Source: a virus | Taxonomy: Duplodnaviria > Heunggongvirae > Uroviricota > Caudoviricetes | Virus record (IMG/VR): IMGVR_UViG_3300035522_000061 | Coordinates: 64,001 to 95,552 of that record | DNA length: 31,552 nt | Strand: one strand, 5' to 3' | Shown: positions 12,801-25,300 of the stretch, one piece after another | Layout of the letters: the number at the start of each line of letters is the position of its first letter | Position numbering within the stretch: position 1 is the first letter of the stretch | Translations under genes and position numbers: made by a program | The notes under the pieces: model-generated | What the model was told of the DNA's origin: nothing | The model's database searches: none | Seen by the model: only the letters and a program-made list of their open reading frames with translations

Positions 12801-15800
12801 CTTTTAATTCCCAATAAAGTTTATTCCAGTGGGCAAAACCTTCCACATCCTAACCAGTTCTATTCTAACCATCTACATACTAAATTATAGAATATGGCTA
12901 TTTGGCTACATAAAACTCATCCCCAACTTCAGGTGCCCCAGATCCTTTAGTTTTAACAGCACTGTCGAAACCTCTAGAATAATCAGAATTAGAACCGTGC
13001 CAATATATATCTTTTTCAACACTATTGGGATAAATACTGCGAATGTACTGAGCATAATCTTCATTTGTTGCATTTATTTCCTATAGAGTAGTTGCTAATT
13101 CCGGGTTTTGCTACATTACTACTCGTACCTAATCTAGCGTATTCTAACTTATAGATTCTAAATTAGGAGTTTCAGACTATTGCTAAAGTGCAAACCAATT
13201 TTTAAATTGCTCAATATCCTATGTGGTTCCTAAGAAATGCACATTCTCTTTCTTATTATTTAAAATAACTGCTACATCAGATCCAAATTCATTATCAGTT
13301 TGTTTCCCTAAAATAGCATCATTTGGAGCTTTATCTTCGTCATATTCAAAAGATATTCTAGCAGGAGCTAAGTCTCTAGCCTATGTAACATTTACTGCAT
13401 AAGATATGTCATCTTCAGGATTAAGTTGTCTACCAATTAATTTCTAGATAAAATTTCTAGTAGTTTCTTTTCTATAAACTCCTGTTATATCATTATTAGT
13501 ACGCCCCTCAAAGGCATAATAATTATATGGATCATCAAGTCTTAAAGTAGTTGCATATTCACCATTTATTAAAATATCTACTATATCAGTAGGCTAAAAT
13601 TTAGTATTATCAAATGTTGCCTTCTTCCATTCTTTTTCCTAAAAAGTATGTAAATAAGCAGCCACTAAATTTTTATTATAAATAGCAATACTTTCCTTAG
13701 AAGGGTCAAAATCTCTAAAAAAAGATTCTTTACGTTGTAACTATCTAGCTTTTTTTAATACATCATCAAACTATTCCTCATTTCCATTATACTTAAAAAT
13801 CTAAATAATTCCATATCCCGGTACCATTACACACCCAGATCCTGGAAATTTACGTTTAACGGATTTTTTATTTAAATTAGAAATAAATGTAGGAATGATC
13901 TAAGTAAATAAATTACTATCACTAAGAGGTAACTTAAGATTATCTAATGTATGATCACTTGTTAAATTAAATCTTTTCTTAATTTCCTATACTATAGGTG
14001 TCGCTAAATCTACTTGATCTACACGCTATTTATAATTATTTAATAACGTTTTACCTATAATATCATACATTTCAGATTTAATAGCAATAGTAGGTAAATC
14101 ATTACTTTTCGCTCTAATATATTTAACAGCAGCATTAATTTCTTCTTCAGATGCTTTGGTGCATAAATATCCTAATGTTCTATATACTTGCTTAGATATT
14201 CCATGTAATCGACCCCCAGCTTCCAAAGCTGATATTACCTGAGTAAACTCAGTCATTTGAGCATCGTCAATATCGTGGTCTGCATCCATTTGAATTCCTA
14301 ATCCATTAGAATTTAAAGTCATATACCTTAATTTAGTCTAACCTTTCCAAGCCTCTACACCATTTATATTTGCAGTTCCATTTTTAACAGCAGACTAATT
14401 TGCGGCATAAGAAATCATCATATCCTTTAAAGGTTGATAATAAGTGCTCTAACTCATAATATCACTATCGGCATTTTCTTGTCGTATAGTTACATTATTC
14501 ATGAATCCTACAACTGCATATGAAGAAACATCTGAATATTTAAGAACATTAGTATCATTATCATCTAGTACTCGTTCCATAGAGTAAATACCTCCAAGAA
14601 CATTAAATAATTCAAATAAAGAATTTATATTATGAGTTCCTTTAACTTTCGGAGAAATTCCTCTAAATTTAAGATGATTACTATCAGCATCAAATCTATG
14701 ATATACTTTAACAGGATCTCCAGAACTTACTCTATCACCACTTATATTTACAGCAAATTCTTTAGTATAATAACCAAATTCATCTAATCCAAAATCAACG
14801 ATTCTATAATAGCTGCCATTTTCCTCATAGAATAATTCTCTACCTGCTAATATATCCTAATAGAAATCAATTTTAGTAAAGCCATTCTTTTTATATCCTT
14901 TAGAATTAACTAGATCAAAAGGAACTCCCTTATCATTATTCCAGGTTACCTGCCCATCCTCTCCAACTGTTGTCCATTGTAAATTAGTCATTTGCTTAAA
15001 CAAATCATACAATTTAATATCCGAGTTAAGAGATGTTCGCATTCTTTCATTTGTTATAGTAAATGTTGCAAATTTAAGAAGAGTTGCGGACATTGTTCTA
15101 GTATCGTAACTATGCCAAATTGGTTTCTTATCGACTCCAACTTCCTAATCTTGTAAACCTCTATTTTCAAGAATTGATACAAAAGGATTAATGTACGCAG
15201 AACCATCATGAGCATCTTCAGTATCCGAGTCACCTCTAAAATTAAATATCTTAGCTTGGGTATCTTTAATAACAGCTACCTTCATTTTAGCTGGAACTCC
15301 ATTTAATACATTCTATTGTATATACTACAGAGTAGCAGGAATAATTACATTACGTTTTAATTGAGTACCTTGTGCTACAGCTTCAATTTTAGTAATAACT
15401 TTATCATATAATGGTTTTAAATCTGAATGCTATTTTACCCAAATTAAATCCTTAAAATTATCCTTAGCTTCATATTTTTGATAAATATTTCCATCAAGAG
15501 CATATAAATTCTTATTAAATTCCTGAATAATATTCTATTTAATATTGTCAGAATAACTAAGTTTTGCTCCCATAGGTAATACATTAATAATATTTTTTAT
15601 AAGAACTCCATTTAAATTAGTTCCATCTAATGTATAATTACCTATACCATCAGTTGTCAATACTGCATTTCCTTCATCAGTACTTAACTATATTTCAGTA
15701 TCACTAATTTTTGTTGTTTTAATGTCATTAGTATTAACTTTATTAAATTCAAAATTAGTTCCAGTAGTAAAAAATTTAAAATACTGAGGACTATTCTAAG

Positions 15801-18800
15801 GATTAATACCTAATTTTAATAACTCTGAAGTATAATTAATTTTAGCCTTATCTGGATGAGCAATTTCGGAACCTGTTAATTCAAATCGTAAATTATTAGC
15901 CAGAAGAGTATCAGTAAAGAAATATTTTTCTAATAAAGGATTTAATTCTATAGTATCATTTTCATTATATTCAATTTCGGAACCTTGATAAATATTCGCA
16001 CCATTTACTTTAGCTAATATTAATTTATTATGATATATCCAATTATTCCTATAATGTTCATTTTTAGTTACTGTTGTCGAACCTTCGATCATTTCTTTTT
16101 TAGAAAATACTTCATCAATAATACGAGAAATAGGATTACTAGTTATTCCTTTTCTAATATTGGGATCGTTATCATCAAAATAAGATACATAGAAATTAAC
16201 TCCTGAAGAAAGTAAATCATTTAAAAAATTAAACTGTTCTCGTTTAAAACGATTTACCAAAGAATTTCTATCCGCATATAAATTAGTTGCATAATGATAT
16301 AAAAGTTCATTAAATTTACAATGTTCCCCATTTTTTCTATAATGAGTATCTAAAATTAATGATATTCCTTTTGAATCAGCTAAACTTAATAATTGCTCTT
16401 CTGAAACAGTATTTAACCAAGAATTAACTTCCTCCAAAGAAGCATCTGGTTTACCCATTACATTTTTTAAATCGTTTAGTATATTATTATAAGAATTTAT
16501 ATAAGCCTAACCTACCGTGTCCTAGTATAAATCAATTAAGTTATCACTAGACATTTCCCATATTGATTTATTATCATAAGACTTATTAGGAGCTTTAATT
16601 TTCTTATTAGCCTTAATAGCATAAGTAATAAAAGAAGTTTTATCAGAATAAGTTGTAGGCTATATCAATATAGTTTCATGTAATTTATTTTTAGTGTTAC
16701 CAAATTTATCAGAATTTAATTTAGACTATAAATAATTTCCATAAAAATTCTAGATAATGGAGGAATAAAACAACTCAGATGCCTTCATATCTTTAACACT
16801 CTTTTTTATACCTGTTCTAGATTGTGCATCCTAATTAAGTACAGTTTGTGCAATTAATCCATTGTTTTCTGTAAATAATAATGGCGTAGTAGCCTATCCA
16901 TTCTATTCTTGTTCTGCTTTCTAATACTAAGATAAATAGTATTTTATATTTCCACCTAAAAACGATACTCTACTATTAGCAATTTTATTATTGTTAATAT
17001 CATTAGTAGTAGATTTAGAAATGTCCCCGTTTATTTGAGACTCTATATCGGCTAAATTATCTATCCAAGAATCACTTGTTCTAACAGAAATTAATTTTGG
17101 GATTCCTAAAGTGTTACTTAAAAAGTTTTTATATTTTTCATACGAATTAAAATTCAAATTTCTAAAAGGCAAATACCCATCACTACTTTTTAGAAATTCA
17201 GTAAAATACATTTTATTAGGATATTTTCCTTCTTTCAATTTTACATTAAATCTGTGGTACAAATCATTTACTACAGCAGTTCTAAATACACTTCCTAAGA
17301 TTTCTTCAATGTATAGATTTTTATTAGCGTCATATCCTTTATAGAATAACAATTTAGTTAATCCATCTTTTGATAAAAAATCAGTTCCTAAATAATCGTC
17401 TATTAATTGTATAGTATCCCTAAACAATTTCTCATCAGAAGACAATGCAGAAGGATTATTTCCTAATTGTAGTATTCTATTTATAGAGGATTCGGAAATT
17501 AAATCTATAGTAGAATCTTTTTGATCAAATATTGTATTTAATCTAGGATTTGAAAAAGTTATTTTAATAGGTTTGGAGGATAAAATACCCATATCATTCT
17601 TAGTAGTTCCTGTAATGTAAAAATCCCCAACTTTAATAGAATATGTATGACAATCGTGTCTTCCTAATCGTTTGGACTCTTCGATTGACATATCTTCATC
17701 TATAAGTTGATATTTATCACATAAAGCTTTTCTAAGAGCGTCATTTTTAGTTATAGAATCGTATTCACTATTAATTCTATTTATTACATTATACTAACCT
17801 TTTCTAGCTGCCCCCTTCTTTTTGGTAGTTACTTCTACCATATTAGATTCTTTAGAATACACAGCTTGAGTATAAGTAGAATCCATGGTTCTGTCCATTA
17901 CTCCTGTAATGGCATCTACTACAGAATAACCATTAATTGTAAAACTATTCTTAAGAGCTTCTATTTCAATTCTTCTAATTGAATTTTCATTATTAAGATC
18001 AAAAACATATTTAGCAACTGAAGTAAGTATATTAAGATTAAAATCATTAATTCCGGCAGCTTTTAATTTATAAGCCATTTCAGGTTTTAAAATTTCCTAA
18101 AATATTATTTTACTATATACCTACGGATCATTATGAAAATTTTTAATTGCTTTCTACAGAGTAATAGCATTAGACAATCGATCGGCATTAACGAATAAAT
18201 CTTCTTTAGCACGAGTAAAACTTCCTATAGAACAATATCTATTTAAAAATTTATTTTCGGTTGTTGAATATATTGGAATAGTACTGATTGCTAATTTTGA
18301 AAATTTGCCGATATGATCTAAAGCATTGTTTTTATCGTCGGAAGTTTCCCAACCTTTTACTTTATGTTCATCATCTTTAGCAAATCTGTATTTTAAAAAA
18401 GAAGAATCCATTTCAACATTATTTAATCCGGAATCACTTAATTCTATACTTCTTCCTACAGCATCTTTTAACATGTCGTCAAAATAGATTAAATTAACAT
18501 AAGAATTTAAAGCATCATAGAAGCTATCAGAATATCCATTTAGACGTTTTCTCCAACCTTCTGTAACTAAATCTTCAAGAGTTCTGTTTTCCTAATCTAT
18601 TTTTAAACCTTCGTCTTTAACTTTTTTTAATTCATTGTAGAATTGATTTAAAACTTGTAAATATCCTTTCTATAGTTCACCGTCTTCATTATATAATTCT
18701 TCTCCAAAATTATAATTCGGATTGATAGACTTTAAATAATTTACAATATTTTTAAAATACCTATTTTTAATGTCACATATAGCATCATTTAAATCCGCTC

Positions 18801-19350
18801 GTGTTCTAATAAGCTGCCTATTGTCTACGTCTACAACAGTAACTTTAGAAATATCTCTTCCAAATTGTTCTACTCTATAATCATTTGCTTTAATTACCGT
18901 ACCATAATAATCCTCTACTATATCTCTTAGTTTCTAACTTAATCGATCCTTTTCATTAGGAAAATCTTCAAGATTTTCAATTTCAGGTTCTTCCGGATCT
19001 GTTTCAGTTTTTATATCCTCTGCATTTAATCCAGAATCAGTAATAAAGTTTTCATTTATAGTTTTTAAAAGAGAATCTACATCTACACTTTTCTACAATA
19101 CATCTCTCCATTTTTCAATTAATCCTGTTAAAGTTTGCTATAATAAAGGAATAGACTTTAAGTATTTCTAAGTTTTATTTGTTTTATCTCCAAATTCGAA
19201 AGCGACGGCATCACTTTTAAGAGCATTAATTATTGCTCCATATACTACATCAACTCCTTTACCCTTGTTTTTCCTCGTTGCCGAGCTTAGTATAGATACC
19301 AAGCTCGGACTATGAGTATTATTAAATGTTTCTTTTATACAGTACCCCAT
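6868..19350 (-). CDS. Gene D: giant single-chain virion DNA-dependent RNA polymerase (two-barrel, crAss type); join of exon 1 (19350-11179) and exon 2 (10098-6868), ~3800 aa
   Basis: ATG at 19350 (MGYCIKE), TAA at 6868-6870 (...INTENC*). Splicing restores RIPAQTLQSFMQMK...WQTWLQGSDY|DIDKAYIMG, the DxDxD metal-binding motif. Other motifs typical of this RNAP family: KRNVIIPAT, DAHDG (15202-15216), SAVKNG, GIQMDADH, RKFPGSG and SAATDNAKE (9085-9111). All ORF-track fragments from 19168 to 7189 share one frame. Confidence 0.92.
10140..10841 (-). CDS. Intron-encoded LAGLIDADG homing endonuclease (two-motif, LAGLIDADG_2-like), 233 aa
   Basis: Motifs LLIALLLGDGTI and GLAIWFMDDG. Lys-rich and intact from ATG to TGA. 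It lies between intron elements R and S, and its 3' end overlaps intron hairpins. Confidence 0.93.
   Translation of the reverse strand: MARKIQKSLSKEQKRLLIALLLGDGTISSNYVFKLSHSVEQREYLEWKVGLLNKLGIKNNGIKEYISTCGYNKGKGVLYSQISLHSTIKALRRSVYTPKKTFTRNLLNWLDAQGLAIWFMDDGFININESEQRNGSIQRSIKISTCVNEETCKMIIEYFKDVWDIEFRPFIEKSKLYSISVRTNNDSDKFIKIVKPYIEQVPSLLYKIRESSTKKEFIAQHSAVSKRETLDNK
10841..10874 (-). promoter_or_regulatory. 10-bp RNA hairpin occluding the homing endonuclease start codon
   Basis: mRNA UUUAUUCAAU-(14 nt)-AUUGAAUAAA forms a perfect stem (10874-10865 / 10850-10841). Its last base is the A of the AUG. Confidence 0.55.
10918..10925 (-). promoter_or_regulatory. Candidate Bacteroidota sigma-A -7 promoter element upstream of the homing endonuclease
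   Basis: TATATTTG(C) matches TAnnTTTG, about 75 nt upstream of the HEG ATG, inside the P6 extension of the intron. Upstream TTG elements sit at non-canonical spacing (13 and 25 nt). Confidence 0.4.
12412..13326 (-). other. In-frame 305-codon insertion in the RNAP: ADP-ribosyltransferase-like (ART-PolyVal-like) module with permuted motif order
   Basis: Translation: PNDAILG...GSDVAVIL...NVHFLGTTQDIEQFKNW, then QNPELA...YAQYIRSIYPNSVEKDIYWHGS (H at 12997-12999)...GSGAPEVGDEFYVA...GIYAVVINTVNP...GLKTLAKA. Confidence 0.6.
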
Positions 19351-19367
19351 AAATAATTTTTATTTTA

Positions 19368-22300
19368 TTAACAATTTGTCTTGGAGGTAAGTCCTGCATA
19401 TAATTCATCAACTGCGTCTTCTCCAGCAAGCATTACCTATTCTTCCACAAATGATATTAATTTATTAATACTATCTGAATAATCTTTAGATGTTTTAGAT
19501 TCATTACCATAACTATTGTAGCCGCCTTCTAAGAAATCTACAAATTCTATTAAACTAGGATCCATTTTAAAAGTATCAATAAGCTCCTAATTACTGTTTA
19601 TCCATTCTGTTATATAGGATTTTAGATATTCTAATTTAGCTTGTTGTATTTTTATTAGTTCTTCTTCACTTACTTCTGAATTATTTTTAGCTTTTTCAGC
19701 GGCTTCTTCAATTTCTGTACTTATAGCTTTATTAACAATTTTTTCGACTTTTAAACCATTTTTATTACCTCTTATTACTTTTAATATTGTACCATTTGGT
19801 AAAGTTAATATTAATGTACTATCTTCCCAAGAAATATCTTCAGGATTAATACTTTTAATAGGTTCTTTTAAATTAGCCTTTTCAGAAATTTGTTCAAGAA
19901 TAGTTACTCTAGTAATTCCCGATTCTCCTTTTGACATATGATATATTTCATTACCGGTAACTAACTATTGGCTAAATAATCTTTCGCTATTCTTAGATAA
20001 TTCTTTATTTATAAGTGGGATAAGAGCTTCCTAGATAGCATCGTCATTTTCAGCTTTCTTCTTAATTTTATTTATTTGATCGTCTGAAATACCTAGTTGC
20101 TAACTTTCTGCTATTAAATCTAAAGTCTCTTGAGAATGAGTTTCTGTGGGTTCTATTGGGGGTTCTTCTGTTTCTTCTACCTAAGTCGATTCCACAGCTT
20201 TCTGTAATTCATTTAAAGTAACTACAAATATAGGCATGTCAATATCAGCATTAACCGTTAATAATTTTTCGTTAGTAATACATTTTCTAAACATTGCCTA
20301 ATTATTAATTTCTCCAACAACTTCAGCACCCATTGGATCAATATAAATACCATTTGGAAAATATGCATCAGTTGCGTGCCAATTAGTTCTAGTAGGATTT
20401 GCAGTTGTACCATGGAATGCTAGAGAAATTAAATCATAAAAAGAATTATCATGAAAATCTTCCCCGAGATCTCTAGGTATGTAAATATCACTTTTAGAAT
20501 TTACAAATTCTCCATAATAAAACTTTATATCTTTAGTTTTATCATTAGCGTCTTTTAAAACAATAGGAGCAATATTATAATCCTCATTATACTAATATCT
20601 ATAAAGATTTTTATAAATATACTAAAGTACATTAGGAATATGTTTTAATGCTTCTTTCTTTGGAAACTATATTTCATAATTAACTCCATCTTCTGTAAAA
20701 GATAATGCAGATCCAGTAATTAAAGAAGAAGTTAATCCAGATATTGAATTTCTAAATCCCTCTTTAGTGGTAATTTGTCTATCTTTAGGCCACTCCTTTC
20801 CATCATTTGTTTTAAGTTTGACAGTATCTTTAAGTACAGTTGATATTAGATAATCTAACATTTTATACTATTTTTGAGCTGTAAAAGGAGTTATATATAT
20901 TCCTACCGGAGTTTTATTAAGTCCTTTATAAAATCCATTATCAGCACTAATATTAGTTAGTTCTCTTAAATAGGTTCCCGAACCAAGTCTGCTACCACCT
21001 ACTCGAAATTGTCGTACTCTAGATGCTAAACTATCATTAAAATCTGAAAGTAACTTAAGTTCTTCCTAAGTTGCAGTAGTTTCTGATAAAATTTTGTCTA
21101 CTTCTTCATCTACTTCCTCTGCATTATTTTCTTTATACCATTTAGCATCAGCATATTTAGCAATTCTAACTAGATCTTTATACTCTAAATTATTCTATTT
21201 ACAGAAAGAATCTACAGCATTTATAAAACTATATAAATTAGCTCGATAATTCCAAAGAGCCGCCAGCATTCTAGCTCCCATATAATCTTCCTCAAATGGA
21301 AAAATTTTAATAATCTAGGTTCCGTCTGGTAATTTCTGAGTAGTATTATAAACACTGTGATAGTTCTATTGTATAAGAGTACTAAATGGAATTCCAGCAT
21401 TATCCAAAGGCAATAATCTAACACTATTTCCAGATTCAAGAGGGCTATTTGCATTAATAGCTGTTTTTTGATCTAAATAAATTTGCATTAGATCATTTGG
21501 ATTTAAAGTAGTGTCATTAGATACAAATACCACAGCTTTTCCTCTAATAGCATCACTATTTACTCCGTTAAAGTTACTTCCAATATAAATGTAAGGATCA
21601 GAAATAACAGTATAGGGATGTGTTTTTCTAAATGTTTCTAGATTTACAGTTGGGACTGGTTTTTTATATTCTCCAACTCCAGTAAATTTTCTAATACTTG
21701 TAAGGCTAGAAAATATTGGAGTTACATCTTTATAAAATACATTCCCATTATCTTTATATTGCTAGGTCATTGCATCAAAAAGTGCCCTATACTATCTAAT
21801 TTTAGCTTTTACTGCTGGTTTATCGCTTTCTTTTACTTGATCGGAAACATAGAAACTATCGGGATTAGCTAGTAATCCTAAAGTTATTTTGCAAGTTTCT
21901 TCTTTATTATTTTTGAATTCTCCTACTAAAGTATAAACTAGACCATTTATTTCTATTTTATTGTTTCCAGGCCCGTCTGTTTTTAATCCTGTGAAACCTA
22001 CAAAACTATCAGAATCTTTTCTAGGACGAATTTCTATTTTATATTTTATTTGTTCAAGATGTTTAGCATTAACTACAGAAGCTACAGAACTAGGCAAGTC
22101 ATCTAAACTTTTACTATAAAGGATTACCGATTTTAATCCTAATAAAGTAGTGACTAACCCATTTAATTCAGCACCGCTTGTTATTGTGTCTTTATCTGTA
22201 AATATCTACAAGTCAGATTTTATAGCTTTTCTAGGATTTACATAAGATACAATTTCTTTACCCTAGGCATCTTTAGTTACAACACGATTTAAACCAGCAA

Positions 22301-25300
22301 GATGGGCAGATCCATAAATTCTTATAGGAGAGCTTTCCAAAGATATTAAGTTATCTACTTTTATATCAAGCTCTTCAAGATCTTTATCTTCAAGAATATC
22401 GTGCATATCCTCTCTTAATTTAGATTGTTCTTCATCTGTTATTACTGGAGGTACATCATCTATAATAATAGTATCAGTAACAGGTTTAACTGAGTCATCT
22501 TCAACTTGAGACACTGAAGTCTCAGAAGTAGAAGTAGGTGACGCTGGAGCAGAAGTAGGAGATACTGCAGTTCCTTCAGTAGTAGCTATAATTGGAGTCT
22601 CCGGCTATTCTTCTGTAGATTCAGACTATCCTTCTGAAGGTTCCTAACTGGGTGTTTCAGTAGTTGGAGTTTCTTCTTTAGGTGTTTTTTCTTCTGTATT
22701 GGGTTTTCCCTCCTACTTTTCTTCTTTAGGCTAATTTTCTTCTTCGGATTTTTCTTCTGTGGTTGGCTATACAACAGTTTCCCCACCGTATAATTTTTCA
22801 AATTCTTCATTAGGAATTAATTCTAAAGAATTTAATACTTCTAATTTAGCTTTAATAAAAGGTTCTATAGCATCCTTTAAGTTTGGAGCTAATTTCTTTT
22901 GTAAATTTTCTTTATTTGCTCCAATTATTTGAGATAGTCCATTATCAATAAAAATAGATCCAGACTTACCTCGACTCATAAGAGTATATAAATTAGTTAA
23001 GAAATTAAAAACAGCTACATCAGAAGCATTATCTGATAATGCCCATTTTTGGTCTACTATAATATAATCAAACTCCTAACCTTGTATTTCATCGGGTTTT
23101 AATACATGTATTTTTTTAGAGTCATAATTTTCAACTAACTATTGATAAGCTGTACCATTAGTATCTCCAACAAATGCAATATCTCCCTTTAGTTTAGTTA
23201 TATCGGATTTAGATATAGAAGAAGTAATTAGATCTCCATTTAATTCATCTTGATTATATACTCTAAAATCTAAAAATTGAATTTGAGCTTTTAAATTATC
23301 AAATTTTTGTTGGTAATTAGAATCATCTTCTTCTAACTTAGACATTTCATTAATAATTTTCTAAGTAGTTAAAAGATTCTCGGATTTCTATACATTTACA
23401 TCTCTTAGAGAAATAGATAATTTAGGAGAACGTAATACCATAATTTTTTCACGGTCTATATTTCTACATATTTTAGTATAACCGTTCTAATTAGTATCTC
23501 CTAAAGCAATAATTTTTATATTATTTTCTTTTGCCCAAAGATTTAAAATCTATAGTTCAATTCCACTAAAATGAGTAATTTCATCAATTATTACAGCTTT
23601 TGGAGCATCCTTAACTTTATTTATTTTAATTTTAGATGGAACTAGTATTTCTAAAGTCGTGGAATATCCAGGAATATTATTATAAGTATAATAATCAGAT
23701 TTTTTAGAATTACTATCTAAATCTGACATTATTTTTTTATAATCCTCCACGCCAATAATCTATTCCATTAAATCTTTTCTAGTATAGGAAGTACCATCTG
23801 GAGCAATTGTCTTTAAAGTCTATATTTGAGTATCCTTAGGAGCACTTAGCCAAATATTTTTAGAACCAATAAATTTTATAGCATTTCTTGCAATTACTTG
23901 TGTTTTACCTACCCCAGCACTTCCGTCTATAAATACAAAACGATCAAGTACAGGTTTTACAATTGAGGAAGTTTCTCCTAATCGTTCACTTACGTAATCC
24001 CAAGCCTGAGAAATTATTTCAGGACTTTTTATTGTTGCCATAGCGATTCTAGAAGCATGTTCCTAAATAGTTAATGGAGCTTTTTTCTTAGAAACATCTT
24101 CTTCTTTTTGGGACTCTTCGACAGTCTATTTTATGAAATTATTGTATTCATTTGAGCTAATTCCGGCAATAGTTAGAAGATAGGTAAATTTATCGAAGTC
24201 AGTAAATTTACTATAATCAATAGTTTCATTTAATTCTGATGTAACCTAATTTGATAAGGCTTTAAAAGAAACATCTACTAACTAAGTTTCTAAAATCTAA
24301 GATTTTTCAAGAATTTCTTTGAAAGAAATTCCATCATTTAAAATCTTATGTAAATTAATAAAGAATAAATTTTCTAATTTATGTACTAAAACTGCAGGCT
24401 TATCTCCAGGAATTTTATCTTTTCCTTCTAATAAATCATATTCCTTACCATTTATAGTAAATTTAGGAAGATTAAATAAAACTCTAAAGAAATCTATTTT
24501 AGCCATAGTAAATCTCTCGTCTGCAGTTATTAACTTCTATCTTTTATTAATTTTATTATTATCAGATAAAGAAATCCAAGAAAATGGATTATCCCCATCC
24601 AATTCATTTAAATATTTCTATATTTCAAAAGCATATATTTCAGTTGTATTCTAATCTAAAGTTGGCAACTAATTATAATTTTTAAAAATATCTTTATGTT
24701 TTTCTGCATATTCATTGATTGCTCGATTATGCCCAACGGGCAATATATAATTAGCATCAAATCCAGCTGCATATAGATACGCTTTTAAAGATTTTAAAAT
24801 TAAAGTAGCTTCATTAAGTACAATTTCTTCATCTTCTATTTTAAAATCTTCTCTATTCTTTTCTCCTAGAAATTTTTGATGTATTTGCTATAAAATTTCT
24901 TCAATACTTTTATTTTCAGGATCTAAAGCTACACGTACTTTATTTAATAAAGCTATAACAGGACTATTTTTAGAAACTTTATCTTGAAGTTTGTCAAACA
25001 TTTTAATTAAAGTATCCTATCTTATAGTATCGTCTATAGCTGTAAGTTGCTATAAATTAGCTCCTAAATCCTAATCTTTATCAAAGATATTTTTAAAATA
25101 GTTTGGAAAATCTTCCTTATTTGCAAGATAATTAGAACTATTAACGTAATTATGAAAATCCTCATACTCTGGATCTAAGTAATACGTTAAAATATAGTCT
25201 TCACTAGGATCAAATGTTAATATAGAATCTATAGCATCTTCATCACTCATTCCTTTTATTGCTTCCAACTAAGATTCTACATTATCCTTAAGTCCTTCAT

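Noticed and set aside
20340-20430. LAFHGT...FPNGIY motif in gene C, resembling the start of another ART domain
   Set aside because: The remaining ART strands could not be identified. Two short motifs are insufficient without a profile search.
21221-22810. Minus-strand ORFs 21221..21454 and 22586..22810
   Set aside because: They lie in an alternative frame inside gene C. The 22586 ORF is the shifted reading of the low-complexity linker. The main frame is open at the positions checked.
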